A stretch of 64,000 nt of DNA. Source: Mobula hypostoma (taxonomy: Eukaryota). Position 1 is the stretch's first letter; the number at the start of each line of letters is the position of its first letter. The notes beneath the pieces were generated by a model. It did no database searches. It was not told the origin of the DNA and worked only from the letters and a program-made list of their open reading frames with translations. Location: NCBI RefSeq assembly GCF_963921235.1, contig NC_086097.1, positions 85,996,001 to 86,060,000 of the forward strand. The letters are read 5' to 3'. The position numbers and the translations under genes were made by a program. Below are positions 23,976-36,360 of this stretch, piece after piece.

Positions 23976-26298
23976 TTCTCTTATTACATTTCTCAGTTTG
24001 GCAGAGAAAATAGAGCTCCAAATATTAATGAATTAATATTTTGAAAATCAAGAAAATACTGAACAAATTTAGACCCGTTTTCACTCTGGTTTTACAGTGC
24101 TAAAAAGATAAGGGACCCCTTCTTTGAGGTTGCTATAAATCACCGAGTAAATTCAATACTGGCAACTTCATGATCTAATTATACTAAGCAATTTGCATCA
24201 GCATGAAGCCAAATGTGCCAGAACAGCTTTGCACTGATGTAAAATGTGCAGGTGGCAATGGGTGATCTGGTGAAGCAAGTTGATGCTCTGGGCTTCTAAG
24301 AATTTTATTGGAGGACCTAAGTACTTCTTTAATGAATGCTCGCATCAATATCATTCCTTTGCTTTTATTTTCCTCATAAATTGAGAATAATTATTGCGTG
24401 AAATAATCATCGAATAGACTTCCTTGCCAAATATATCAGGTGCAATTAGTAATGAGACTTTGAACTATCATTGCCTAGAAATTAGATCGTGTAATGCTGT
24501 TTTGAAAATGGATTTTATCCAGAGTGTGACCTTCTCTAGGTCATATCCCGTCTCTCAGGAAATTTGACCTGGCACTTCCGGTCACGACACAAGCTAATCC
24601 ATCTGATACATTTTCCCTGTTGGATGCGGTGACATCAGTCCTCTTGCAATGTCACACAAGGCGTGCTGGCAGCTAGAAATGGATGGCATTGGCCCAAGGA
24701 TCAACCATCACTTGGCAGGTCTTTGCTACACTGCTTGTTCTGTGACTGCACCATTCAAAGGACAATTTCTACAGAAAGGTCAATTGCATACAGCACACTT
24801 CTGTTTCTCACACTGTGAAAAGACAGGATGTGCTGTCGAAGCAGAGTAAATATGTCAGGATCACATTTAAAATTTTGGGCAAAAAACTTAAAGGAGATGT
24901 GAAAAACTCAGAGGGTATTTTGACCTGGACAGCATTGCCTGAGGAGACATTCAAAACAGAATTAGTCAGTGCTTTCAAAAAGGAATTTAAATTTAATAGG
25001 CACTTAGTATAAAGCAGTTTTCAAGATTGTGGTGAAAGAGTAGGTGAGTGGATCCAATGCTATTGGTCTATTAGGAGTGGGGAAAGACATGATAGGCTGA
25101 ATGGCAACCTTGGGCAATTATACCAGTTCTACGATTGATACTGCAGGCTCGCGTGCAACTGTTTTCATTGGCTGAGAGAAACTGCAAATGATAAGAGGTT
25201 AGACTTACCTCCATTTCAGCACTTAATCTCGGATATCTCGATGGTATCCTGCTGACTACACTTCACAGGAGGGAGTTTCAACCTGGGCATTGTAGGTGGT
25301 GAGGTCCTCAAGGGAAGAAGAGGAGCTGACCCCAATCCCAAAGAATTTGCAGTGACACACGCTGGTACTTCAATCTCAGAGGAATGACATCTCCTTGGCT
25401 CAAGTTTAGGAGGCACTCGTGAGAGAGACAGGAGGATAGAGCTGCTGTGCACATCTCCCAGAACGGCTTTGGCCATATCATTCAAGATTATGGTCACTTT
25501 CAACTTCTTTGGTCCTGGGACCAACCAGCCACCATGATTGATGTGTGTCAGGCCTCTCAGTTCATTCCACACCACAACTCTGGGAAGGTCATTGACATTC
25601 TTTACTGCAGGGCAGTAGATTTTCCATTCCCTTCCGTGGTGCAAATGTAGCTTGGTGAGCGTGTGGGTTTGAGTCTGTCGTAGCCTTCCCAAAGTTCAGA
25701 GGTGCACTTCTGGCACTCTCAGTGCTCCTTTAGAACTCTGAGCTCCTTTGAAAAGAGCTGCTCTTTGCTCTATTTATACATTATTTACAGCACGGTTGAC
25801 TCTGAGAGGAACTTACTCACAGTGTGAGGAATATCATGGAGTGTATGCTGGAGCAGCTGTGTCTGTGAATGTGTGGCAGTGTGTGTCTGTGTGTGACTGT
25901 GTTGCAGTCTGCATGTATGAGTCCTGGAGTGGAGTTATCTGCCAGTGTGATGCCTCAGTGTGCCAGTGCTGTAGTTGAAGGTGTTGTGTTTAAGAAAAGC
26001 CCAAGTGTGCAAGGTCTCGACATGTTGCATCGTCTGAGGTCATAGTCTACTTTTGCTTATAGTTTCTGGCACGTTACTGCTACCAGCAGCTCATGTTGTC
26101 ACCCTCCCTGGACCAACAAGGCTCACCACTCCTCAAAATGCAGATTCCTCCATTGGTATCTCCAAATCCCGGTCTGGAATGTTGGCGGGAGGGAGACGGA
26201 GCTTGTTGCCGCCTCCCCTCTCCGGCCACTCTGCCTTTCATAGCGGCAATGGTTTCAGTTGCCGCTGTTGGACTACCCGGTGGGATGCCTCTTTAAGG

Positions 26299-26378
26299 CA
26301 GGGGTTCCCAACCTGGGGTCTTCAGATCCCTTGGGTAACGGTAGGGGTCCATGACATAAAAATGCTTGGGAATCCCTG
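26299..26378. mobile_element. 80-bp hAT (Charlie-like) MITE
   Basis: TIRs CAGGGGTTCCCAA / TTGGGAATCCCTG and a perfect 8-bp TSD CTTTAAGG (26291-26298 / 26379-26386). Confidence 0.9.
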
Positions 26379-26414
26379 CTTTAAGGGATGGAGGCAGCCA
26401 GCTCCATTGTTGGT

Positions 26415-26800
26415 ACTAGCCTCCCCTATCACTGAGGACATCTTCAAAAGACGATGCCTCAAAAAGACAGCATCCATTTTTAAGGACTCCCATGATGCAG
26501 GACATGCCCTCTTCTCATTGCTGCCATCACAGATGAGGTACAAGAGCGTGAAGACACATGCTCGACTTTTTAGGAACAGCTTCTTCCCCACTGCCATCGG
26601 GTCTCTGAACCAACAATGAACCCATGAACACGACCTCACTATTTTTGGCTTTCTTTTTACACCACTTATAAGTATATATATATATAGAGAGATTTCTTAT
26701 TATAATATACAGTGTATTTATGTCTTGCACTCTGCTACTGCTACAATACGGCAAACTTCACAGCATATGTCAGTGCTAATAAAACCTGGTTCAAATTCTT
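26415..26800 (+). mobile_element. Rex1/Babar-type LINE 3' end
   Basis: EDIFKRRCLKKTASIFKD..AGHALFSLLPS..RYKSVK...FRNSFFPTAI. Confidence 0.8.
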
Positions 26801-27288
26801 GCCGTGACTGCTGCGGGGCTCAATGCTGGCAGAGTTGGATTTAGATTGCACGCTGCTTTCTGTATGGGAGCGTAGCTGGGAACGCATGCAAGTTCTACTG
26901 GGCTAGAATTTCAACCGAAGATTTCTGCTCTGGTGCCTAATTGAATGTGCATGTACTTCTCAATGTTGTTTTAATAGTCAAGCACCCAGTTAATGAGATT
27001 CAGAGCACGTGTTTAGAGAATAAAACCCATCAATTAATTGGGCCGAGACTGATGCAATACCCACAGTGTCGGGATGTGAAGTGAGAGAGAAGTTATTACG
27101 TTAATGTTACTATGTAAAGATCTCTTCCACTGGAGAATGGGTGTAACATTTTGTGCCTTTCAAGCAATATTGTGCATTTGAATTGCAGTTCAAATGCTAA
27201 TTTACCAGATTATAAAGTATGGTTTATTTACAGTCTCTCTCCAAATCTGTAACTCTCTGCAGGCAGTTTTGGTTTGTATACCCTTTTG

Positions 27289-27507
27289 CATCAAGGACAC
27301 AAGAAATCCACGTTGATACCTGTTACTGTTGTCTATGACTGAATGAGATTTCTATTAAGGACATCAAGGACACAAGAAACCCGCGCTGATACCTGTCAAT
27401 GTTGTCTACGACTGAATGGGATTTCTATTAAGGACATCAAAGACACAAGAATCCCGCGTTGATACCTGTCAATATTGTCTATGACTGAATGGGATTCATA
27501 TTAAGAC
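27289..27507. repeat. Minisatellite, 73-bp unit x3
   Basis: Units start at 27289, 27362 and 27435 (CATCAAGGACACAAGAA...GATACCTGT...GACTGAATG.GATTT.TATTAAG). Confidence 0.93.
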
Positions 27508-27944
27508 CTCGTCGTGAGTGGAGGTTTGGGGGATGGGGTAGGAGGAATGGCAAAATTTGTAGTAGCCTTGGCGGTTGCAGAGATACTGAGACAATGAAAG
27601 GAATCGGAGAACAAAGGAAAGAGCAAAATGGAAGGTCAGTGATCTGGTGGAAGGAGGGAGGAATTTGATGAAAAAAGGTTGGAGCAAAAGAAGATAATTA
27701 GCCAAGTGCTGAAGAAAAAGATGCCTTTGAGGAAGACCTAAGTGGCAACAGCAGATTGGGGTAGAAAGAATGATAAGTGTCTTGCCTATGATAAAAGGTC
27801 GTATAGCAAAGGGGCAGGCCTTTAAACATCACCATGTCCACACTAACCTTCAAATCATGCTAAACCTGTTTTTTAGCATTCAGTCCACCGCTTTCTATGC
27901 CTTGCTGATTCAAGTGCACATTTAGATAGTTCTCACACCCGTGA

Positions 27945-30900
27945 CGGTAGAAATAGGATGATTTGGCAGATAAATGCATGGCTGAGAAGCTGGTGCAGGG
28001 GGCAGGACTTCAGGTTCTTGGATGATTGGAACTCTTCTGGGAGGTATGACCTGTACAAAAGGGATGGGTTGCACCTGAACCCAAGGGGAACCAATATTTT
28101 CACGAACAGGTTTGTTGGAGCTGTTGGGGAGGGTTTAAACTAATTTGACAGGGTGATGTGAATGGGAGTGAATGGACTCAGGATAGGACAGAAGGTAAAA
28201 ATGCAAAGATAGTGCGCAGTCAGACTGTCAGGAAGGGCATGTAGATGATAGGATAAAATTACAGCCAGCAAGGTGAGTGTCAGTGCATTTGGGATGTGGA
28301 ATCAAAAGGGTAGCCAATACAGTACTCAAAGTGTTATACCTGAATGCATGGGATATAAGAATAAAGTTGCACTATTACAGATGGTCAGGTATGATGTTGT
28401 GGCCATTACTGAATCCTGGCTGAAGGATGGTTGTAGTTGGGAGCTGAATGTCCCATGTTACACATTTTATCAGAGGGATAGGAAGGTAGGCAGAGGGGGT
28501 GGCCTAGCTCTGCTGGTATAGAATAGCATCAAATCAGTAGAAAGATGTGACAGGATTGGAAGATGTTGAATGATTGTGGGTTGAGTTAAGAAACTGCAAG
28601 GGTAAAAGAACCTTGATGGCAGTTAGATGCAGGCCTCCAAACAGTAGCTGGGATGTGGACTACAGATTACAATGGGAAGTAGAAAGGGTGTATTAAAAGG
28701 GTATTAGTATGATAGTCATGGGAGATTTTAACATGCAGGTAGATTGGGAAAGTCAATTTGGTAATGGGTCCCAAGAGAGTGAATTTGTTGAATGCCTAGG
28801 AGATAGCTTTTCAGAGCAGTTTGTCGCTGAGCCTACGAGGTGATCAGCTATCCCAGATTGGGTGTTATGGAATGAACTGGAGGCAATTCGGGAGCTTAAG
28901 GTAAAGTAATCTTTTGGAGACAGTGATCACAATATGACTGAGTTCAACTTGAAATTTGACAGGGAGAAAGCATTTTAGTGGAGTAAAGGAAATTACAGTT
29001 GTATGATCGAGGAGTTGGCCAAAGTAAATTGGAAGGAAATGCTGGCAGGGATGATAGCAGAGTAGAAATGGCTTGAGTTTCTGGGAAAAATGAGGAAGGT
29101 GCAGGATAGATGTATTTCAAAAACAAAGAAATGCTCAAATGGCAAAAGAGTACAACCGTGGCTGACAAAGGAAGTCAAAGCTAATGTAAAAGCAAGAGAG
29201 AGGCCATACAAAAAAAGCAAAAAATAGTGGGAAGGTAGAGGATTGGGAAGCTTTTAAAAATCAACAGAAAATCACCTGAAGAATCATTAGGAGGGAAAAG
29301 ATGATATATGAAAGCAAGCTAGCAAACAATATCAAGGTGGATAGAAAAAGCTTTTTCAAGAATATAAAAGAGATATGGGAGTGGATAGAGGACTGCTAGA
29401 AAATAAGGCCAAAGGAATAATAACGGGGGACAAGGAGATGGCAGATGAATTAAATGAGTATTTTGCATCAATCTTCACTGTGGAAGACACTAACATTGTG
29501 CCAGATGTTGAAGGGTGTGAGAGAAGAGAGGTGAGTGCAGTTACTATTACAAGAGAGAAGGAGCTCAAAAAGCTTAAAGACTTAAAGGTACATAAGTCAC
29601 CCGGACCAGATGAACTGCACTCTAGGGTTCTGAAAGAGGTAGTGGGAGAGATTGTGGAAGCATTAATAATGATCTTTCAAGAATCATTGGACTCTGGCAC
29701 GGAAGACTGGAAAATTGCAAACATCACTCTACCCTTTAAGAAAGGACAGAGGCAGCAGAAATGAAATTATAGACCAGTTAGCCTGACCTCAGTGGTTGGG
29801 AAGATGTTAGAGTCAATCGTTAAACATGAGGTTCTGGAGTACTTAGTGACATAGGACAAGAAAGGACCAAGTCAGCATGGTTTCCTTAAGGGGAAATATT
29901 GCCTGACAAACCTGTTGGAATTCTTTGAGGAGATTACAAGTAGGATAGGTAAAGGAGATGCAGTGGATATTGCATATTTGGACTTTCAGAAGGCTTTTGT
30001 CAAGGTGCCACACATGAGACGGCTTACCAAGTTAAGAACCCATGGTATTACAGGAAAGTTACTGGCATGTTTACAGCATTGGCCTAATGCGAGGGGGCAG
30101 TGAGTAGGAATCCAAGGATCCTTTTCTCATTGACTGCCAGTGACTAGTGGTGTTTCACAGGGGTCAATGTTGGGACTGTTTTTTATGCTGCATATCAGTG
30201 ATTTAGATAATGGAATGGATGGCTTTGTTACCAAGCTTGCAGATGATAAGAAGATTGGTGGAGGGGCAGGTAGTGTTGAGGAAACAGCAAAGCTACAAAG
30301 TGACTTGGACAGCTTAGGAGAATGGGCAAGAAAGTGGCAAATGAAATATAATATTGGAAAATGCATGGTAATGCACTTTGATGGAAGAAATAAGTGTGCA
30401 GACTATGTTCTAAATGGGGAGAAAATCCAAAAAAAATCTGAGATGCAGAGGGACTTGGGAGTTCTTGTGCAGAACACCCTAAAGGTTAGCTTGAAGGTTG
30501 AGTCAGTGGTGAGGAAGGCACATGCAATGTTAGCTTTTATTTCAAGAGGTCTAGAATATAAGAGCAGGGATATGATGTTGAGGCTTTATAAAGCACCAGT
30601 GAGACCTCACCTTGAGTATTGTGAATATTTTGGACTCTTTATCTAAGATAAGATGTGCTGGCATTGGAGTGGGTTCAGAGGCGGTTTGCAAGGATGATTC
30701 TGAAATGAAAGCGTTATTATTATGAGGAACATTTGATGACTCTGAGCTTATACTTGCTGGAATTTAGGATGGGGAAGAGGTGGAATCTTATTGAAACCTT
30801 TTGAATGTTGAAAAGCCCGGGCAGAATAGATGTGGAAAGGATGTTTCCCATAGTGGGGTAGTCTAGGACAAGAGGGCACAGCCTCAGGATAGAAGGGCGT

Positions 30901-31185
30901 CCATTTAAAATAGAGATGTGAAGAAATTTATTTCGCTAGAGGGTGGCGAATTTGGGGAATTTATTACCACAGGCAGCTGTCGAGGCCAGGTTGTTGGGTG
31001 TACTTAAGGAGAGATTGATAGGTTCTTGTTTGGCCATGGCATCAAAGTTATGGGGAGAAGGCCAGGGAGTAGGGCTGAAGAGGGGATAAAAAAGGATCAG
31101 CCGTGATTGAATGGTGGAGCAGTCTCGATGGGCTAAATAGCCTAATTCTGTTCCTATGTCTTACAGTCTTATGGTCTATAGTCTT
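27945..31185 (+). mobile_element. CR1 LINE (ORF1 esterase C-terminus + degraded ORF2)
   Basis: YKRDGLHLNPRGTNIF (SGNH-esterase DxxH of CR1 ORF1), AITESWL, KSPGPD, YLDFQKAF, LADD. Multiple stops and frameshifts. TCTTATGGTCTATAGTCTT tail. Confidence 0.92.
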
Positions 31186-31469
31186 AAATTTGGTGAAATA
31201 ATGTTGATTAAAATTCATAGCTTGATTATGGAATGTTAAATTCTAGGACAGTTCAAATGGATTTATGTAGATGCTTCACATGTTGCATTTCACTGAAAAG
31301 GTGTGCCAGGAGAGGAGATGCTTCATACTTGTATTCCTGGCATTCGGTCAAAGAATGTCTGTATGTTTTTCATTAATGTAGTTATTCCTGGAATCTGGCA
31401 TTACTGGTAAAGCCAGCATTTGTAGACTCTCCCCGACAGTCCCTTGAACGAGGTGGCTTTGCTAATGTA

Positions 31470-32491
31470 TGCCCAATGACTGTTATTGACTATAGTTCAG
31501 CACTTAACACCGCCATTCCTACAGTTCTGATTGAAAAGCTCCAGAACCGGGGCTTCTGAACCTCCTTCTGCAACTGAATCCTCATCTTCCTAACCAGAAG
31601 ACCACAATTTGCGTGGATTGGAAATGACATCTTCGCCTTGCTGACAATCAACACTGGTGCACCTCGAGGTTGTGAGATTAGCCCACTGCTCTACTCTCTG
31701 TATATCTAAAAATTTGCTGTCGATAGAACCACAGTTGGCAGAATATCAGGTGGAGAAGAGAGGATGTACAGAAGTGAGATGTACCAGCTAGTTGAGTGAT
31801 TTACTAGCTAGTTGAGTGTTGTCACAGCAGCAACCTTGCATTCAATGTCAGTAAGACTAAAGAATTGTTTGTGGACTTCAGAAAGGGTAAGATGAGGGAA
31901 CACACGCCAATCCTCCCAGAGGGATCAAAAGTGGAGAGAGTGAGCAGTTTCAAGTTCCTGGGTGTCAATATCTCTGAGGACCTAACCTGGACACAACATA
32001 TTGATGCAGCTATAAAGAAGGCACAACAGCAGCTATATTTCCTTAGAGATTTGCAGAGACTTGGTATGTCACTCAAAACATTTGCAAATTTCTACAGATG
32101 TACTATGGAAACCATTCTGTTTGTATCACTGTCTGGTATGGTGGTGGTGGGGTTGTGGAGTTGCTACTACGTGGGATGGAAGCTTCAGAGAGGTGTAAAA
32201 TTAGTCAGCTCCATTGTGAGCACTAGACTCCGTAGTATCCAGACATCTTTTAGGAGCAATGTCTCAAAAAGGCACTGTCCATCATTAAGGACCTCTATCA
32301 CCCAGGGGCATGTTTTCTTATTATTGCTACCACAAGGAAGGCGGTATAGAAGCCTGAAAGCACACACTCAGCAATGCAGGAACAGCTTCTTCCCCTCTGC
32401 CATCCGACTTCTGAATGGACAGTGAACCCATGAACACTAGCTCACTACTTTCTTTTTTTGCCTATTTTTTGCACTACTTATTTAATTTAAC

Positions 32492-32537
<46 letters not shown>

Positions 32538-32640
32538 TTACTGTTTTTTTCTATATTTATCATGTATTACAATGTACTACTGCCGCAAAGTTAATCAATT
32601 TCAATACATATGCCAGTGATATTAAATCGGATTCTGATTC
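31470..32640 (+). mobile_element. Rex1/Babar-type LINE, 5'-truncated, with (TA)n(TG)n in the 3' UTR
   Basis: VDFRK...VERVSSFKFLGVNISEDLTW...QQLYFLR...RNSFFPSAIRLLN. Tail GATTCTGATTC. Confidence 0.85.
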
Positions 32641-33208
32641 AAATGGCTATTAAAAATCAACCAAAACATATATGACTTTTACTTGTGTATAGTCCAGACA
32701 GAATCGGACCACAGATTCCCTTCCCTACAACAAGTTAATGACCTAGACGTGTTTTTTGAATATACCAGTCTGGCCATTCAGAGTTATTGCCTCTGAATCC
32801 AAGTTTGCGTCACTTGATTGATTTAGTTTAAGTTGCCAGTGTGCGGTGGTACATTGTGTTCTCCTTTCACTGGGTCTCAGGTACAAGCTTCTGAATTGCT
32901 CGTCCAACAGTGTTGCTATTCCTGTCTACTCCAGCAGTGAACAGGGTTTTTTTTTTCTGAACAGTGCCCTGGCCTTCAATCCCATCTCCCTGTGTGCATG
33001 AATTAAAATCAGCTTTGCTGAAGCATGCATTGAGCACGGGAAGCCTCTGCCATGACCACTGCAGGCTCAGTAGGAGGTTTCATCCAGTCTACTGTGCTGC
33101 TGACAGCTAATTACCACATCAGCAACTATTTTAAGTTTCTTTCCCATTATTGTTTAAAGGTATTTTTAATGACTAGTATAGTAGTTCCGTATTATCTCTG
33201 ACAAGTAT

Positions 33209-33500
33209 AAACACAAGAAATTCTGCAGATGTTAGAAATTCAAAGCAACATACACAAAATGCTAATTGAACTGAACAGGTCAGACAGCATCCATGGAAAT
33301 CAACCAACAGTCGATGTTTTGGATTGAGACCCTTCTTCAGGACTGGGAATGAAGGGGGAAGATGCCAGAATGAAAAGGTGGGGGCAGGGGAAGGAGGCTA
33401 ACTAGAAGGTGATAGGTGAAGTTTGTGTGGGAAAAGTAAAGGGTTAGATAGGAAGAAATCTGATAGAAGAGGTGAGTGGACCAGAGGAGAAAGGGAAGGA
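33209..33500 (-). mobile_element. Penelope-like element pLTR fragment
   Basis: AACACAAGAAATTCTGCAGATG...CAGTCGATGTTTTGGATTGAGACCCTTCTTCAGGACTG, homologous to 57796-58000. Confidence 0.75.
33308..33345 (-). ncRNA. Degenerate minimal hammerhead ribozyme motif
   Basis: Minus strand CAGTC-CTGAAGA-AGGGTCTCAATCC-AAAA-CATC-GACTG. The GAAA box is mutated to AAAA. Confidence 0.5.
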
Positions 33501-34074
33501 CTAGTATTTGCATGAGAAAAATATTGATTTGGGGAATTAAACTTATCAATAGATATGATTATTCAGGATGTTGCTGTGTAAGTTTACTGACGAAGGAAAT
33601 GGCTGTGATGAAGCAGATGGGCCCATTAGTTACATTCTGTGCAATAAGGTTCTTTGTTGTGAATGCAGATGTCTTTTAGTTTGGTATTATTTACTCCTCA
33701 TTAAGTTTAAAAATGAAATTAAACCGTGCAGCGGGAGTTGTTCTGCCTATTGCATCCTTGGTTGAATCATAAAAAAATTACTACTTAGAGGCTATTTTTG
33801 GGGATTAGGGGTTGCAACCATCTTCTATCATGTGGGAACTCTGTTTGTGATCACATATCTGATTGGTGAACAGTTTGGGTTGCAAATAGTTCACCTGTGC
33901 AGGACCTGTATACACCTAAATATATTTTTTTAGTTTAATGAAAATTTCAGCCTCAATCGCTCTTTAAAAGTGCTCAAGTTGTCCTGTTCCTGTATTTATA
34001 ATGGCAGAGAAGGAAGCCAAGTCACTGCTTTGCTGCTTACTCCCAATAGATCAATCCCATTCCCTAAGTTAGAA

Positions 34075-35285
34075 TATAACCATATAACAATTACAGCATG
34101 GAAACAGGCCATCCCGGCCCTTCTAGTCCATGCCAAACTCTTACTCTCACCTAGTCCCACCGACCTGCACTCAGCCCATAACCCTCCATTCCTTTCCTGT
34201 CCATATATCTATCCAATTTGCCTTTAAACGACAACATCGAACCTGCCTCAACCACTTCTGCTGGAAGCTCGTTCCACACAGCTACCACTCTCTGAGTAAA
34301 GAAGTTCCCCCTCATGTTACCCCTAAACTTTTGTCCTTTAACTCTCAACTCATGTCCTCTTGTTTGAATCTCCCCCACTCTCAATGAAAAAAGCCTACTC
34401 ATGTCAACTCTATCTATCCCCCTCAAAGTTTTAAATACCTCTATCAAGTCCCCCGTCAACCTTCTACATTCTAAAGAATAAAGACCCAACTTGTTCAACC
34501 TTTCTCTGTAACTTAAGTGATGAAACCCAGGTAAATTTCAAATACCTCTATCAAGTCCCCCCTCAACCTTCTACGTTCCAATGAATAAAGACCCAACTTG
34601 TTCAACCTTTCTCTGTAACTTAGGTGATGAAACCCAGGTAACATTCTAGTAAATCTTCTCTGTAGTCTCTCTATTTTGTTGACATCTTTGCTATAATTTT
34701 GTGACCAAAACTGTACACAATACTCCAAATTTCGCCTCACCAATGCCTTGTATAATTTCAACATTACATCCCAACTCCTATACTCAATGCTCTGATTTAT
34801 AAAGGCCAGCATACCAAAAGCTTTCTTCACCACCCTATCCACATGAGATTCTACCTTCAGCAAACTATGCACCTTTATTCCTAGATCCCTCTGTTCTACT
34901 GCATTCTTCAAAGCCCTACCATTTACCATGTATGTCCTATTTTGATTAATCCTACCAAAATGTAGCACCTCACATTTATCAGCATTAAACTCCATCTGCC
35001 ATCTTTCACCCCACTCTTCTAACTGGCCTAAATCTCTCTGCAAGCTTTGAAAACCTACCTCATTATCCACAACTCCACCTATCTTAGTATCATCTGCATT
35101 CTTACTAATCCAATTTACCACCCCTTCATCCAGATCATTATTGTATATGACAAATAATATTAGAGCCAGTACAGATCCCCAAGGCGCACCACTAGTCACC
35201 GGCCTCCAATCTGACAAACAGTTATCCACCACTACTCTCTGGCATCTCCCATCCAGCCACTGCTGAATCCATCTTACTACTTCAT
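34075..35285 (-). mobile_element. CR1 LINE 3' 1.2 kb with an internal ~107-bp tandem duplication
   Basis: ORFs 34513-35232 and 34151-34498 ([24 protein letters not shown]). 34433-34534 is repeated at 34540-34641. Confidence 0.92.
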
Positions 35286-35529
35286 TTTACTAATTCCCTA
35301 TATCCCTTATTCTCTCACATAAAGGCATTAACAGTTGATCAAATCTTTAGAGAAGCTAACCTGATCAATTTTTCCTTCTCAGAATAAATCCCTTTCTCTT
35401 TTAGTTAATATAATAGGTTCTGCTTTCACATTATTTCTGTTAAGATGTTCTGCAGTCTAAAAGCATTCTTCATGGAAAGATTATTTTTAAGGCCTCATTC
35501 CTTAAGGTTGTCATAGCTAGAGGAGATAG

Positions 35530-36360
35530 TGGGGATAGACTTAGACTACCTATTAATGGTCGGCTGGTGGCACAGTGACATCAGTGCTGGACTCCGGAAA
35601 GGAGGTTCCCGGGCTCGAATCCAGTCGGGCCGTTTCCGAGTACACTTTCCATCCGTGCCGGGTTGAATGTTGAGCTCACAACTCAACCTCATAAAATAAA
35701 CAAAAATATTGTACTGCAAAATGGCTGTGTGAGGAGTGACACGCCACACAGTCTCTCATTTTGTGCCTTGTAAGGCATGAAAATGCCCGACGTTGGCCTG
35801 TCAGGCCTCAGTTGACATCATCATCATCATCGAAACCTATTAAATGCTCCCAAAGGCATGTGTCACAGGTTGCCTCTGACAACCAAGTCCAGCTCCTGGC
35901 CATCATGTGTTGTTTAGCTACTTAGCCCAGTGGAACCATTTCTAATGACAGGAGGAGGGGAGAAGGCAGGTTATTGGTACCTTAAACCGGTCGCTTTGTC
36001 AGTCGTGATTGACAGCTCAGCCAGGAGAAGGAAAACGCTGATCTCAAACTTCCGCTGCCTTGCTACTATATCTACTAATGGGAAGGCTTTGGGAGTAAAC
36101 TCATTGACCTTCAGTCCCCGAGGAAATATCTGGATCTGGAGTCCCTAAAGCAACCCACATTGAGTTCCACACTGATGGGTAGCTCCTGTGATGCCCCTGG
36201 TGCCAAACTCTATCAGTCTCTGCTGTTTCTTTAGATTCATCAGCTGTGTGGAGAGGGGAAGCCTGCTACATGGGCACCAGCTTGCTCTCCATTTCGTACT
36301 GTCCTGGCTTGCATATCACATAGACAGCTGGAACATAACATCCGTGGTTGACCCCAATCA
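35530..36360 (+). mobile_element. RTE-related 5'UTR-type repeat, interrupted by a SINE
   Basis: Contains the RTE-like GGAGAAGGAAAAC motif (~36024). The sequence is continuous across the SINE TSD at 35548/35835. Confidence 0.5.
35557..35834 (+). mobile_element. tRNA-derived SINE, full length
   Basis: A box TGGCACAGTGA (35568-35578), B box GGCTCGAATCC (35612-35622), (CAT)n tail, 9-bp TSD ACCTATTAA (35548-35556 / 35835-35843). Confidence 0.85.

Noticed and set aside
24527..24543. Oestrogen response element
   Set aside because: The half-sites are everted with a 5-nt spacer, not the AGGTCA-n3-TGACCT inverted arrangement.
26053..26619. 188-aa ORF as a gene
   Set aside because: Chance read-through across unique DNA, a hAT MITE and a Rex LINE 3' end.
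27289..27507. CRISPR-like array
   Set aside because: The units are contiguous near-identical 73-mers with no unique spacers, the context is eukaryotic, and there are no cas genes.
35557..35630. Functional tRNA gene
   Set aside because: A/B boxes are present, but there is no complete cloverleaf or oligo-T terminator, and it continues into a SINE body with tail and TSD.
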